A DNA stretch of 32,000 bases from Candidatus Baldrarchaeota archaeon. GTDB lineage: Archaea > Asgardarchaeota > Baldrarchaeia > Baldrarchaeales > DXJG01. The number at the start of each line of letters is the position of its first letter. The first letter of the stretch is position 1. Positions 1 through 10,159 of the stretch are shown piece after piece. The notes under the pieces are model-generated. The model did not search any database, was not told where the DNA came from, and saw only the letters and a list, made by a program, of their open reading frames with translations. The stretch lies in assembly GCA_019056805.1 (NCBI GenBank), contig DXJG01000010.1, positions 59,771-91,770 of the forward strand. The letters are read 5' to 3'. The translations under genes were made by a program, and so were the position numbers.

Positions 1-2
1 AA

Positions 3-1076
3 AAACCTCTTATTATTGCTGGCAGTGGAGTTTATTGGTCTGGCGCATGGCTGGAGTTAGTGAAGCTTGCGGAGCTACTTTCAATACCAGTTGCATGTGA
101 GGGACTTGCAGTGGGCTGTATTCCCTATGATCACCCCTTGTATGTTGGAAATGCTATTGGAAACCCATTTATGAGGAATGCGGATGTTCTGTTGGTTGTA
201 GGCGCAAAATTTGATGAATTCCTGGGGTTTGGACGGGATCCATCTTTCTACTCTGATGATGTAAGGGTAATAAGGATAGATGTGGAGTTTTCTGAGATAG
301 GTAAAAATCGTCCAGTAGATGTGGGTATAGTAGGCGATGCAAAAGCTGTTCTTTCACAAATGCTTAAAATCATCGGAGAAACAGCTTCCACGGTATCTGA
401 GGAGAGAAATTGGGCGAAGAAGTTTAGATCTGCTTGGATCAGTCTTAGCGAAAGTTTTGATAAAGTAGCAGAGTCTTCGGAAAAGCCGATTAGACCTCAA
501 AGATTAATGAAGGAAATAAGAGAGGTGGTTGATGAAGACACCATATGTATTTTGGATGGCGGAGATACGACTGTATGGGCTTATTTATATTTAAGGGCGT
601 ATAGACCGGGGCAGATAATAGGTTCACAGGGGCCTTTTGGACATTTGGGTGCTGGAATACCTATGGGGATAGCGGCGAAACTTGCTTACCCAGATAAGAA
701 AGTTTTTGTTATTACTGGTGATGGAAGTTTTCTTTTCAATGGAAGTGAATTGGACACTGCTGTAAGATATAATGTTCCAATCGTAGTAATAGTGGTGAAT
801 GACTCTGCTTGGGGGATGGTTTATCATACAAGGTTTATCACATCAAAATCGAAAGAAAAAGCGGGACTTTTCACGTTGTTAAACGAAAGGGTAAGGTATG
901 ACAAATTTGCTGAAAGTTTAGGAGCATACGGGGAGCTGGTTACGGAGCCTGATGAAATAAAACCAGCAATTAAAAGAGCATTTGAATCTGATTTGCCAGC
1001 GGTAATTGATGTAAGGGTGTCTAGAGAGTTTCCGACGCCACTCAGTTATATACTCACCACGAAGAGGAAAATTTGA
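3..1076 (+). CDS. Thiamine-diphosphate-dependent enzyme, acetolactate synthase/IlvB-like/2-hydroxyacyl-CoA lyase superfamily; 5'-truncated by the window edge
   Basis: The frame is open from base 3 (KPLIIAGSGVYWSGAWLELVKLAELLSIPV, the typical central domain), so the GTG at 60 is not the true start. ThDP motif GDGSFLF...VIVVND and GxFGxLGxGxPxGIAAKLAxPD are present. Confidence 0.88.
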   Translation, partial: KPLIIAGSGVYWSGAWLELVKLAELLSIPVACEGLAVGCIPYDHPLYVGNAIGNPFMRNADVLLVVGAKFDEFLGFGRDPSFYSDDVRVIRIDVEFSEIGKNRPVDVGIVGDAKAVLSQMLKIIGETASTVSEERNWAKKFRSAWISLSESFDKVAESSEKPIRPQRLMKEIREVVDEDTICILDGGDTTVWAYLYLRAYRPGQIIGSQGPFGHLGAGIPMGIAAKLAYPDKKVFVITGDGSFLFNGSELDTAVRYNVPIVVIVVNDSAWGMVYHTRFITSKSKEKAGLFTLLNERVRYDKFAESLGAYGELVTEPDEIKPAIKRAFESDLPAVIDVRVSREFPTPLSYILTTKRKI

Positions 1077-1232
1077 AATGTCATTTTTTATAATAATATC
1101 TCTCCTTTTTTAACAGACCTGTGTATTAAAAGAGTTGTCTACTAAATGTTTATCAGCTAGTTTCAAATATAATCATCACAATATTCATAGCCTTTCAATT
1201 AAATCTCAGTGGTAACATGAGGGGAATTTAAA

Positions 1233-3140
1233 ATGAGTTATGGATATGTTGGTAAAATTTTGAGAGTAAACTTGTCAATAGGAAGTATAGATGTTGAGAA
1301 GTTTGATGAAAATTTTTATAGAAAGTATCTGGGTGGTAGAGCTCTAGCTTTGTATTTCTTGCTTAAAGAATTGAAACCAGGCGTCAACCCTTTTTCTCCC
1401 GAAAATAAATTGATATTTGCTACAGGTGTTGCTACTGGAATACCATTACCAGGTATGAATAGATATGCAGCGGTGTCTAAATCCCCTTTAACAAATACGT
1501 TTGGTGAATCTTATGCTGGAGGTTTTTTCGGGCCAGAGCTTAAATTTGCTGGATTTGACGCTATTATCATAGAGGGGAAAGCCGAAAAACCAGTATATTT
1601 ATGGATTCATAACGGAGAGATTGAGATAAGGAAAGCAACGCATATTTGGGGTATGAAAATCAAAGAGACCACCGAAACTATACGTAGAGAAGTTAAAAAT
1701 CCTAAGGCAAGAGTTGCTGCAATAGGTCCTGCTGGAGAAAAGTTAGTGCGTTTTGCAAGTATATTGCACGATATGAAATATGCAAATGGTAGATGTGGGT
1801 TAGGTGCCGTGATGGGATCTAAAAATCTAAAAGCCATCGCTGTGGTGGGTAGTCATAAGTTAAGATTTGCAGATAAAGAGAAGATCGTTAAGTTGGCAAA
1901 GTGGGCGTCTAAAGCAATAAAAGATATGCCTGGACCACATTCCAGGTGGATGTATGGCACTGGTGCTGTTTTATTACCGTTAAATGAGCTCGGACTTTTA
2001 CCAACAAGAAATTTTCTTGATGGTGAATTTGAACATGCTGAAGATATATCGGGGGAAAGAATGGCAGAAACTATTCTTTTAGGTAGAAAAGGGTGTTATA
2101 GTTGTGGAATTATGTGTAAACGAATTGTAAAAGGAAAATATCCTTATGAAACTGACCCAGACTATGGAGGCCCTGAATATGAAACTTTAGCGGCTTTTGG
2201 TTCCTTGTGTGGAGTTGGTGATTTAAATGCGATCTCATATGCTAATATGCTATGTAATGCATATGGACTTGACACGATTAGCACAGGTGTGACAATAGCA
2301 TTTGCCATGGAATGTTATGAAAACAAAATACTTACTAAGGAAGATTTTGGGGGGCTTGAGCCAAAATTTGGTAATGCGGATGCTATGGTAAAACTTGTTG
2401 AGATGATAGCAAAAAGAGAAGGTATCGGAGATATATTGGCGGAGGGTGTTATGAGAGCTTCAAGAATAATTGGTAGAAATGCCGAGAGATTTGCGATGCA
2501 CGTTAAGGGAAAAGAAATACCGATGCACGAGCCGAGAGGTAAAAAATCGTTAGCTTTGGCGTATGCAACTTCTCCGTCTGGTGCGGATCATATGCAGAAT
2601 GCTCACGATACACTATTTGAAAGAAATGTGGAGAAAATTTTACCATTAGGAATATTAAAACCGTTAAGCAGCATGGATCTTGGCCCAGAAAAAGTGAGAA
2701 TGTTCATGTATCTTAGCATGTGGTGGAGTTTGTTTGATTGTCTGGGAGTTTGTAAATTTGCAGTGATGCCCCATCCTGCAGCTGTTTTCAGCATATCACA
2801 GCTCAGAGATATTGTTAAAGCTGTTACTGGATGGGAGGTAACAATATGGGAATTATTGAAGGTGGGAGAAAGAGCTATTAATATGGCACGTTGCTTTAAT
2901 GTTCGTGAAGGGTTCAATAAAAGTGATGACACATTACCTGAGAGATTTTTCCAGCCTCTTCGTTCTGGTGCTATGAGAGATGAAAAAATTGCAGGAGAAG
3001 AATTTGAAAAGGCTTTAAAGCTGTTTTACGAGATGATGGGATGGGATTCAGAAACAGGAGTTCCCAAAAAAGCTAAACTCCATGAACTGGACATAGGATG
3101 GGCCGTCAATTTTCTAGAAAAATCAAATAATAAAACTTGA
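1233..3140 (+). CDS. aor: Aldehyde:ferredoxin oxidoreductase (tungsten/bis-pterin AOR family)
   Basis: 635 aa. N-terminus GYVGKILRVNLS, GRCGLGAVMGSKNLKA, Fe-S cysteines CYSCGIMC, GPEYET, GLDTISTG and DCLGVCKF. Purine-rich RBS gagggg upstream. Confidence 0.93.
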   Translation: MSYGYVGKILRVNLSIGSIDVEKFDENFYRKYLGGRALALYFLLKELKPGVNPFSPENKLIFATGVATGIPLPGMNRYAAVSKSPLTNTFGESYAGGFFGPELKFAGFDAIIIEGKAEKPVYLWIHNGEIEIRKATHIWGMKIKETTETIRREVKNPKARVAAIGPAGEKLVRFASILHDMKYANGRCGLGAVMGSKNLKAIAVVGSHKLRFADKEKIVKLAKWASKAIKDMPGPHSRWMYGTGAVLLPLNELGLLPTRNFLDGEFEHAEDISGERMAETILLGRKGCYSCGIMCKRIVKGKYPYETDPDYGGPEYETLAAFGSLCGVGDLNAISYANMLCNAYGLDTISTGVTIAFAMECYENKILTKEDFGGLEPKFGNADAMVKLVEMIAKREGIGDILAEGVMRASRIIGRNAERFAMHVKGKEIPMHEPRGKKSLALAYATSPSGADHMQNAHDTLFERNVEKILPLGILKPLSSMDLGPEKVRMFMYLSMWWSLFDCLGVCKFAVMPHPAAVFSISQLRDIVKAVTGWEVTIWELLKVGERAINMARCFNVREGFNKSDDTLPERFFQPLRSGAMRDEKIAGEEFEKALKLFYEMMGWDSETGVPKKAKLHELDIGWAVNFLEKSNNKT

Positions 3141-3246
3141 AATTTTTAGAAGGTGTAATGAGCGAATTTCTATGGTTGACAAAAATTGAAAATAAAAGTG
3201 TTTGGGTTGTGTTATTGTGTTATGAGAAATTTTAGAATTTTAGCTT

Positions 3247-4101
3247 TTATGTTGTGGTTTCTATTCCTTGTATTAGGTTATCTATACATATTCCTAGTTT
3301 GGTGGTGTATCCTCCTTCAAGTATTATGAAGACAGGTAATTCTAGTGAGCCTATTCTTTTCCCTATTTCTTTGTAACATTCTAAGGTTAGGTTTAAGCCT
3401 CCTAGGTCTCCTTTAAGTGTGTCGAAACCTGCTGATACAGCTACCACTTCTATTTCACTTGTATCCACGTTGCTGAGGGCTTTGTCTAAGGTTTTTAAAT
3501 ACAGTTTGTCATCTGTTCCAATTGGAAGAGGATAATTGTAGTAATTGTCTTCGCTTCTAAATCCTGTCCCAGGGTAAATGCCCCTAGTGTGTAGGGAGAT
3601 GAAGATTACATCTTTTGAACCTTCAAATATTTCTTGGGTTCCGTTTCCATGATGCGTGTCGATATCTAGGATTAAGGTTTTTTTACCTAGTTTTTTGACC
3701 GCTATTGCAATGTTGTTGAAGTAGCAGAAGCCTAGGGTTGGAGCTCCTAGCGCTTTTCCTTTTATACCAGCGTGGTGTCCTGGTGGGCGCATTAGGGAGA
3801 ATGCTTTTTCTTTCGCCGCTAATATTGCTGCCCCAGCGGAAAGTTTAGCGTATTCGTAAATGTTTTCGTAGGCTGGTGTATCAGGATCATAGAAGTTTCC
3901 ATTTTTAATTTTTTCAATGTATTCCTTGGTATGTACTAGTAGTAGGTCTTCTTCTGTGGCTGGTTTTGGTTCAATGAACTCATATTTATCTTTTAGGTGT
4001 TCATAGGCTAGTTGAACTCTTCTGGGGTTTTCAGGATGATATGGTGAACCATACTCTAAGCATTTAGGCGAAAACACGATCTTCATTGCTTCCTCCACCA
4101 C
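3247..4101 (-). CDS. Histone deacetylase-family (class II-like) Zn-dependent deacetylase
   Basis: Motifs HPENPRR, RPPGHHA, GFCYFNN, DIDTHHGNGTQ, SAGFD and LEGGY. Confidence 0.93.
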   Translation of the reverse strand: MVEEAMKIVFSPKCLEYGSPYHPENPRRVQLAYEHLKDKYEFIEPKPATEEDLLLVHTKEYIEKIKNGNFYDPDTPAYENIYEYAKLSAGAAILAAKEKAFSLMRPPGHHAGIKGKALGAPTLGFCYFNNIAIAVKKLGKKTLILDIDTHHGNGTQEIFEGSKDVIFISLHTRGIYPGTGFRSEDNYYNYPLPIGTDDKLYLKTLDKALSNVDTSEIEVVAVSAGFDTLKGDLGGLNLTLECYKEIGKRIGSLELPVFIILEGGYTTKLGICIDNLIQGIETTT

Positions 4102-4483
4102 GCATCTTCATTTCTCCTTACTATAATTAAGTTGAATTATTAAATGATACTGGTCTCACAGGAGGATGTGTGTTTTGAGATAATAATTTCATAGACATCT
4201 TTTATACAAGATATATCCTCTGCTCTTTATATTGAATTCATACGTTCCCCCTCGATATATTCCCGAAATTTTTCATTAAATTTATGACCCTCGGAATACC
4301 GTTGTTCTTTCTAGCAACACTTCCAACACTCTCAACCACAGGAGCAATTTCTCTCTTTAAACCCTTCAATATCTTTTCATTGCAATTTTGCTTGCGATCT
4401 CGTGGAAAAAAGGATTAAAAAGGTATACTGGGGCTTATGGATAAAATTAGTATGTGTTAGTGCTGGGTAAGTTATTAATTTGC

Positions 4484-5017
4484 TTATCTCTCTGTTTCTT
4501 CGATTTCGATATCTTTTAGAAAAGTTAGGATGATAGAAGTATCTAATCTAAATCCTTCCTGTATTATTTTTTGTATTGTGTTTCTTATTTCCGTTTTATT
4601 TATTTTCTTGAGAAGAAATAGAAGTTTTAGGAGGAATAGAGTCCCGTGAACTTCTATGTTGTGTTTGAATCCTATTCTTCTTGCTCTTTCATCATCTATG
4701 ATAGCAACATAATTTTTGTTTTTTGCAGCTAGTATAGTAGAGCTTTCTCCCTTTCCTAATTGATAGGTTTCCGAAAAAATGTCCGTTACAGGAGGATTTT
4801 GGATGATTTTGATTTTGCCCTTTTTAATGTATTTCTCTATGGTATACGCTTCTTCCGCTCCTACTTCTTTTCCCTTTACAACGACTTCGTGATATACAGA
4901 TTCGGTTGTATAAATTTCATCAAATGTTTCTATAATTTTTTCTAGGAGGCTGGTTTTTCCTAGGTATATTAGGGGCGTTGCATTGAGAATTATTTCCTTT
5001 TTTGTTTTCTTGCCCAT
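4484..5017 (-). CDS. vapC: PIN-domain toxin (VapC-like, DUF3368 type)
   Basis: ILNATPLIYL, VYHEVV, LGKGESSTI, IIDDERAR and GTLFLL pattern. Overlaps the upstream small antitoxin gene. Confidence 0.8.
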   Translation of the reverse strand: MGKKTKKEIILNATPLIYLGKTSLLEKIIETFDEIYTTESVYHEVVVKGKEVGAEEAYTIEKYIKKGKIKIIQNPPVTDIFSETYQLGKGESSTILAAKNKNYVAIIDDERARRIGFKHNIEVHGTLFLLKLLFLLKKINKTEIRNTIQKIIQEGFRLDTSIILTFLKDIEIEETER

Positions 5018-5325
5018 CTTTTTGCAGCCTCTAAGTCAGCTTCTAAGGATTCTTTTGAATATTGAATTACAATGCCTAGGGATGCTAGCCGTGCAATGAA
5101 TTCTCTAATTGATAAATTTGCGTTTTCAGCAGCTTTTCCCAGGGAGATTTCTCCTTTTAAATATTTTTGGACTGCTTCATTGAATTTTTCTTCTAATATT
5201 TTTTCGTGTAGTAGTTTTCTTGCTAAGACTGCTTTTGGTATTTTCTCCCTCTTTGCTTTTTCTTCAAGGTATTTTAGGTCTTCTTCAGGAATTCTTAATG
5301 GCAAGTATCCAGACATTTTTGGCAC
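4990..5325 (-). CDS. UPF0175-family antitoxin (RHH-like N-terminus plus HTH)
   Basis: LPLRIPEEDLKYLEE and YLKGEISLGKAAENANLSIREF patterns. Lies directly upstream of, and overlaps, the PIN gene. Confidence 0.8.
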   Translation of the reverse strand: MPKMSGYLPLRIPEEDLKYLEEKAKREKIPKAVLARKLLHEKILEEKFNEAVQKYLKGEISLGKAAENANLSIREFIARLASLGIVIQYSKESLEADLEAAKRWARKQKRK

Positions 5326-5888
5326 CCTATAGAACCTTATAGAAACTATTAAACACTAATAGTATATAAAAGTATTTTGATAATTTAGAGGATTCTTAAT
5401 AAATAGATTTAATGTTGACATGATTAATGCTAATTCCAGATTGTCTGGCTGTTTTATTATGTCTGAGTTGTTTGTTATTATATGGTTTCTGCGTGTAATT
5501 CTGGGATATTCATTTGTAAGGCTTGGAAGAGCCGTATATATAATTTAACGTTAAAGTTTGAAAAAAGATGTTAAAAGCTTTTTGAAGAATTTAGAGGCGA
5601 TGTTGGATTTGGGATTTAATGAGCGTTAGAAGGGTATCAAAAGCTTCCCGATTTAAAATACCTTTACTTTGCTGGTTTTCCTAGCATTGATGTTTGGAGG
5701 GAGATGATTGACCGAAGATACCTTAGCTTGCTTCTTTTGTGTATTTTATGCATTGTCGTAAAGTGGTTGTCTTTGTTTTGCGGCTAAAATGTTTAGTTGG
5801 TTAAACACTTGATAAAAATGTTTATAAAGTAGGAAAGAGTAGTTTTTGCCTATATAAATGTAAGCGTTAAAAATTTGGGGGTAATAAT

Positions 5889-6488
5889 ATGCAGCTGGCA
5901 ATACTTATAAACTATGCTTATGTGTTGTTGATTTTGGGTGGAATTAGCATTGCAGCATGGTTTTTTGAGAAACTAGGGGAAAGAATTCCCTTCATTGGGC
6001 CATTAGTGAAGGGTTCAATAAAATTGATAGCAATTTTCGGATTTATAATCGGTATTCTTTCAATAATCGCAGCTTATTACGCAGTTGTCATGGGCTATTA
6101 CGATAGATTTACAGTAGTACTACTTGCAGTAATGGGCGTTACACTAGGTCTTGCCCCTGTAACTAAGTTTCCTATAGCTGGATTGTTTAGTGTTATTGCT
6201 GGTGTTTCAATCGCGATGTTAGTTGCTTCACTTGTACCACCAGTTGTTTGGAACTGGTTATACATATCGTTTGGAATCAAAACATGGACAGTTCTTCTTA
6301 TAATCTTCGCAATTGTAGCATTTGTAGCATATACCCTTGCTAAAACAATAACCGGGTTCATCGAGCTCATGGGAACCATTCTGACAAGTAAACCAATCTC
6401 AATAATAATTGGAATTGTTGCAGTTGTGCAAGGAATCATGCTAATACTGGGAACATCGCTATGGATATATATAGCACCATACATGTAA
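5889..6488 (+). CDS. Hypothetical polytopic membrane protein (about 6 TM segments)
   Basis: 199 aa, almost entirely hydrophobic stretches. RBS-like ggggt upstream. No family recognised. Confidence 0.7.
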   Translation: MQLAILINYAYVLLILGGISIAAWFFEKLGERIPFIGPLVKGSIKLIAIFGFIIGILSIIAAYYAVVMGYYDRFTVVLLAVMGVTLGLAPVTKFPIAGLFSVIAGVSIAMLVASLVPPVVWNWLYISFGIKTWTVLLIIFAIVAFVAYTLAKTITGFIELMGTILTSKPISIIIGIVAVVQGIMLILGTSLWIYIAPYM

Positions 6489-6870
6489 GATTGAAAGCTT
6501 TTCTTTCATTTAATTGCGACAGAGTAGGAAACGTATTATTTGAGAGGCAGTAAAGTGGAAAGAAGTTGCAGTGATGACGAGGTTCTACTTGAAGTAGGGT
6601 TATCTGTGCAGAGTATCATAATGTTTTGAATTAACTTCAATTTTATCTCTCATACCATCTTTTTAAGATAAACTTAAAAGTAATGCCATATTCTTTTTCT
6701 GCAACTGTTTTATCGATGTAGTTTTATGTTGTGTCGAACAGTGAAAATAGATTTAATTTTGGAAAATATATTTTGATTTAACAATTTTGTAAGGATTTAA
6801 ACGATTGTAATTGAGATTGTGAAGAAAGTGTAAATAAGTGATATTAATCATTTATTATGAGGTGTTGTTT

Positions 6871-8082
6871 GTGATAGGGGTTTCATCTCCTGCTCGTGCC
6901 GATTTTTTAAATACTCATCAAGATTATAAGGGTCTCCCTGTAGTTCCTGCTGCTCTAAATATTCGTTTAAGAATTAAGGGAAAGGCTATAGGTGGAGATA
7001 AAGTTTATGTTCGTTCTTTAAATTTTTTGAGGGAAGATTTGCCTTGTGAAGACGAGTTTTCGCTTAATAATGTTTCTTATAGAGAGAGGGGCTGGTTTGG
7101 AAACTATGTTAGAGCTGTAGTAAATATTTTGAAGAGAAAGGGCTATGGAGATAGGATTTCTGGCGTGAAAATTGAGATTGATAGTGAGATTCCAATGGGA
7201 GGGGGATTAGGTAGCAGTGGCTCTTTGGAAGTGGCTTTAGTAAAGTTTTTTGACGCTGCTTTTAATCTGGGTCTTTCTACTAGGGAGGTTGCAGAGTTTT
7301 CTTATCTTGCTGAGCGAGAAGAACTAGGTATTCCATGTGGGAGATTAGATCAGTATGGGGCTGCTTTTGGTGGCATTATAAAGTTGGAAACTCGTCCACC
7401 ATTTGGTGTGGAGGTTCTTCCAAAAAGAGATTTTCTTTTCGTTATTGTAGATACGGGTATTAAGCATAGTACTGCAGATATTCATCCAAGAAGGCAACGT
7501 GAAATTGATGAAGGATTGAAACAACTACTTGAACAAAAACTTCCAGAAGATTTAAGGGAAAAGCTTTCTTTGAATCATTATGAAGTTAAATGGGAGAAGA
7601 TATCTGAGGACGGGTTGCTTCCATATCTTTCAACAATAAACGAGAAGTCTGCAAATCGAATTCTTTTCACAATTTACATGCATAAATCCACCGAGTTAGC
7701 GCTTAGAATTCTTCGAAATCAAGCTGTTAGTGCAAGAGAAGTTGCTAAAGTAACTCAAATTCCATATGAAGATATTGAGAGGAAGATAGAGAGAGGTAGG
7801 AGAGATCTTGTTCTTCTCGGGTTAATTGTTGATTATCAACATATGCTTTTGAGGGATTTATATGAGGTAAGTTTGCCAGAGGTAGAGGAGATAAGAGATG
7901 CTATGCTCGAAGCTGGAGCTTATGGTGTTAAGATTTCAGGTGCTGGACTTGGTGGAGCTATAATTGGAATTGTGGATAATGTGAATGTAGGGGAGAAGGT
8001 GTTTAAAGCAGGTATTGAAAATGGTGGTGTGAGAGGTTGGGTTTCATTTATTGGTGAAGGTGTTAAAGTGGAGGTTACATGA
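6871..8082 (+). CDS. galK: GHMP-family sugar kinase, galactokinase-like with a divergent sugar-binding signature
   Basis: Start reassigned to GTG 6871 (gaggtg at 6859-6864). Motifs PARADFLNTHQDY, IPMGGGLGSSGS, GIPCGRLDQY and KISGAGLGG. The ATG of galT follows the stop after one base. Confidence 0.75.
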   Translation: MIGVSSPARADFLNTHQDYKGLPVVPAALNIRLRIKGKAIGGDKVYVRSLNFLREDLPCEDEFSLNNVSYRERGWFGNYVRAVVNILKRKGYGDRISGVKIEIDSEIPMGGGLGSSGSLEVALVKFFDAAFNLGLSTREVAEFSYLAEREELGIPCGRLDQYGAAFGGIIKLETRPPFGVEVLPKRDFLFVIVDTGIKHSTADIHPRRQREIDEGLKQLLEQKLPEDLREKLSLNHYEVKWEKISEDGLLPYLSTINEKSANRILFTIYMHKSTELALRILRNQAVSAREVAKVTQIPYEDIERKIERGRRDLVLLGLIVDYQHMLLRDLYEVSLPEVEEIRDAMLEAGAYGVKISGAGLGGAIIGIVDNVNVGEKVFKAGIENGGVRGWVSFIGEGVKVEVT

Positions 8083-8083
8083 A

Positions 8084-9073
8084 ATGGAGAAAATATCTTT
8101 TAGGTTGGAGCTTAGATGGAATCCTTTGCTTAGGGAATGGGTTATTGTTGCTGCTCATCGAGAGTTTAGGCCGTGGCAACCTAAGGTTGAATGTCCGTTT
8201 TGCCCCGGTTCTGAAGAAATACGAGAGGAATGGGAAGTTCTTGCTCTTCCAAACAGATTTCCTTCTTTGGTTGAGAATCCTCCTCCACCGTTTTCTTCTC
8301 CTAAGTTTCCCTATAAGGTGGAAAAGGCTTATGGGATTTGTGAGATAGTTGTGGAAACTCCAAATCATGAAGGTGATTTATGTAATTTATCACAGGAGAA
8401 TATGAGGAAGGTGATTGATCTTTTTGTTGAGAGGTACAGGGAACTGGGTTCAAAGGATTTTGTGAAGTATGTTTTTATATTTAGGAATAAGGGGGCTGTT
8501 ATCGGGGTTTCTTTACATCATCCCCATTCTCAAATATACGCGTTTCCTTTTATTCCTCCTAAAATAGAGAGGGAATTGAAATCAGCATTAGAATACTCTA
8601 AGAACCATGGAAAATGTCTGTTTTGTGATGTAATTAAAGCTGAAAAAGAAGATGGTAGGAGAATAATTTATGAAAGTAAATATATGATGGTTTTTGTTCC
8701 TTATTCTGCAATGTGGCCTTACGAGCTTCATATATATCCCAAGCGTCATTTAGGTTCTTTACTGGATACGAATGAGGAAGAAAGAGATGATTTAGCACGG
8801 GTTCTTCGTGTTGTTACTGCAACATATAATTCTTTGTTTGATTTTAGTATGCCTTACATTATGGTGTTTCATCAAGTTCCAACCGATGGTGGAAAATACG
8901 ATTTTTATCATATGCATATCGAGTTTTATCCCCCTTACAGAGATAAAGAAAAGTTGAAGCATGCTGCAGGGGTAGAATGGGGTGCTGGAGTTTTCATATA
9001 TAGTGGAGAACCAGAAGTTAGGGCGAAAGAGTTGAGAGAGACTTGTGAGAAGATTTTAGGAAAAATAAGTTAA
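8084..9073 (+). CDS. galT: Galactose-1-phosphate uridylyltransferase (HIT superfamily)
   Basis: ELRWNPLLREWVIVAAHR..RP, Zn site CPFCPG, NRFP and catalytic HPHSQ in GVSLHHPHSQ. Start set at ATG 8084. Confidence 0.92.
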   Translation: MEKISFRLELRWNPLLREWVIVAAHREFRPWQPKVECPFCPGSEEIREEWEVLALPNRFPSLVENPPPPFSSPKFPYKVEKAYGICEIVVETPNHEGDLCNLSQENMRKVIDLFVERYRELGSKDFVKYVFIFRNKGAVIGVSLHHPHSQIYAFPFIPPKIERELKSALEYSKNHGKCLFCDVIKAEKEDGRRIIYESKYMMVFVPYSAMWPYELHIYPKRHLGSLLDTNEEERDDLARVLRVVTATYNSLFDFSMPYIMVFHQVPTDGGKYDFYHMHIEFYPPYRDKEKLKHAAGVEWGAGVFIYSGEPEVRAKELRETCEKILGKIS

Positions 9074-9192
9074 ATAATATGTAATGTGGAGCTTGATTAC
9101 ATTTTCTATTTCTTGTATGTGGTTAAAAGCTTATACGATGTATTTAAAAATCGTGTATGATATCGTTTGTATTACCTTGTTGAATTATAGGG

Positions 9193-10098
9193 GTGTTTAG
9201 CTTGCAGAAACCAGTTATTGTTGTACATGGTGGTGCGTGGAATATACCTGACGATTTAGTTGATCCCCATATTGAAGGAGTTAGAAACGCTGTGAAGATA
9301 GGCTGGGATGTTCTTGTGAACGGTGGGTCAGCATTAGATGCTGTTGAGGCTGCAGTGAAAACCATGGAAGACGATCCAACATTTGACGCTGGCAAGGGTT
9401 CTTTTCTCAACGAGGAAGGGTTTGTTGAGCTTGATGCTATAATTATGGATGGTTCTACATTAGATGTTGGCGCTGTTGCCGCTGTAAGAAATATTAAGAA
9501 CCCGATTGTTTTGGCAAGAAAGGTTATGGAGCTTACGGAGCATGTTCTTCTTGTTGGAGAGGGTGCAAATAAGTTTGCTAAGAAAATAGGGATAAAGATG
9601 GTTGATCCAAGAGAGTTGGTTTTGGAAAGGGAGGTAGAACGTTGGAAAGCGTTTAAGAAAGGAAAACTGAATGTAAAGGATATTTTTGAACCTGCTTCGA
9701 AGGGAACTGTTGGTGCTGTTGCTGTTGATATAAATGGGAATTTTGCTGCTGCTACTTCGACGGGAGGTGTTGCTGGTAAAATGGTGGGTCGTGTAGGTGA
9801 TACGCCGTTGGTGGGTTGTGGTACGTATGTTGATAACAATTATGGTGCTGTGTCTTCAACAGGGCATGGAGAAAAAATAATGAAAATTGTTCTTGCTAAG
9901 GAAGTGATTAATTTGATTGCACAAGGTTGTAATGCTCAGGAAGCTGCAGAAAAAGCTATTGAGTTGGTTTGGAATAGGTTGAGAGGGAGAGCTGGTGTGA
10001 TTGTGCTTGATAAGAATGGAAATATTGGTGTTTCATATAATACGCCTAGAATGGCTTATGCATATATTAAGGATGGGAAAATATTTTCTGGGATTTAA
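9193..10098 (+). CDS. iaaA: Isoaspartyl peptidase/L-asparaginase (Ntn hydrolase)
   Basis: VIVVHGGAW, ALDAVEAAV..MEDDPTFDAG, nucleophile motif GTVGAVAVD, ATSTGG, GRVGDTP and STGHGE. Confidence 0.93.
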   Translation: MFSLQKPVIVVHGGAWNIPDDLVDPHIEGVRNAVKIGWDVLVNGGSALDAVEAAVKTMEDDPTFDAGKGSFLNEEGFVELDAIIMDGSTLDVGAVAAVRNIKNPIVLARKVMELTEHVLLVGEGANKFAKKIGIKMVDPRELVLEREVERWKAFKKGKLNVKDIFEPASKGTVGAVAVDINGNFAAATSTGGVAGKMVGRVGDTPLVGCGTYVDNNYGAVSSTGHGEKIMKIVLAKEVINLIAQGCNAQEAAEKAIELVWNRLRGRAGVIVLDKNGNIGVSYNTPRMAYAYIKDGKIFSGI

Positions 10099-10159
10099 GT
10101 CTGTTATTTAATTAGTTTAATATTGTTATTGAAATAGTACGGTAAAAGGGGGGTTATGT

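Noticed and set aside
4150-4400. Minus-strand open stretch (NEKILKGLKREIAPVVESVG...) between the HDAC and PIN genes
   Set aside because: It has no clear start or RBS and no recognisable family. It may be a remnant but is unsupported.
5340-5880. 540-bp AT-rich gap as a possible IS or MITE remnant
   Set aside because: No terminal inverted repeats, target duplication or transposase motifs were found by eye.
6565-6620. Possible C/D-box sRNA (GTGATGA at 6571-6577)
   Set aside because: There is no properly placed CTGA box D and no convincing terminal stem.
9144-9839. 231-aa minus-strand ORF and the other antisense or alternate-frame ORFs in the track (for example 2603-2932, 6098-6484, 13901-14293, 25657-26070, 26758-27429)
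   Set aside because: They lie fully opposite or within well-supported genes and have no recognisable motifs. They are typical antisense shadows.
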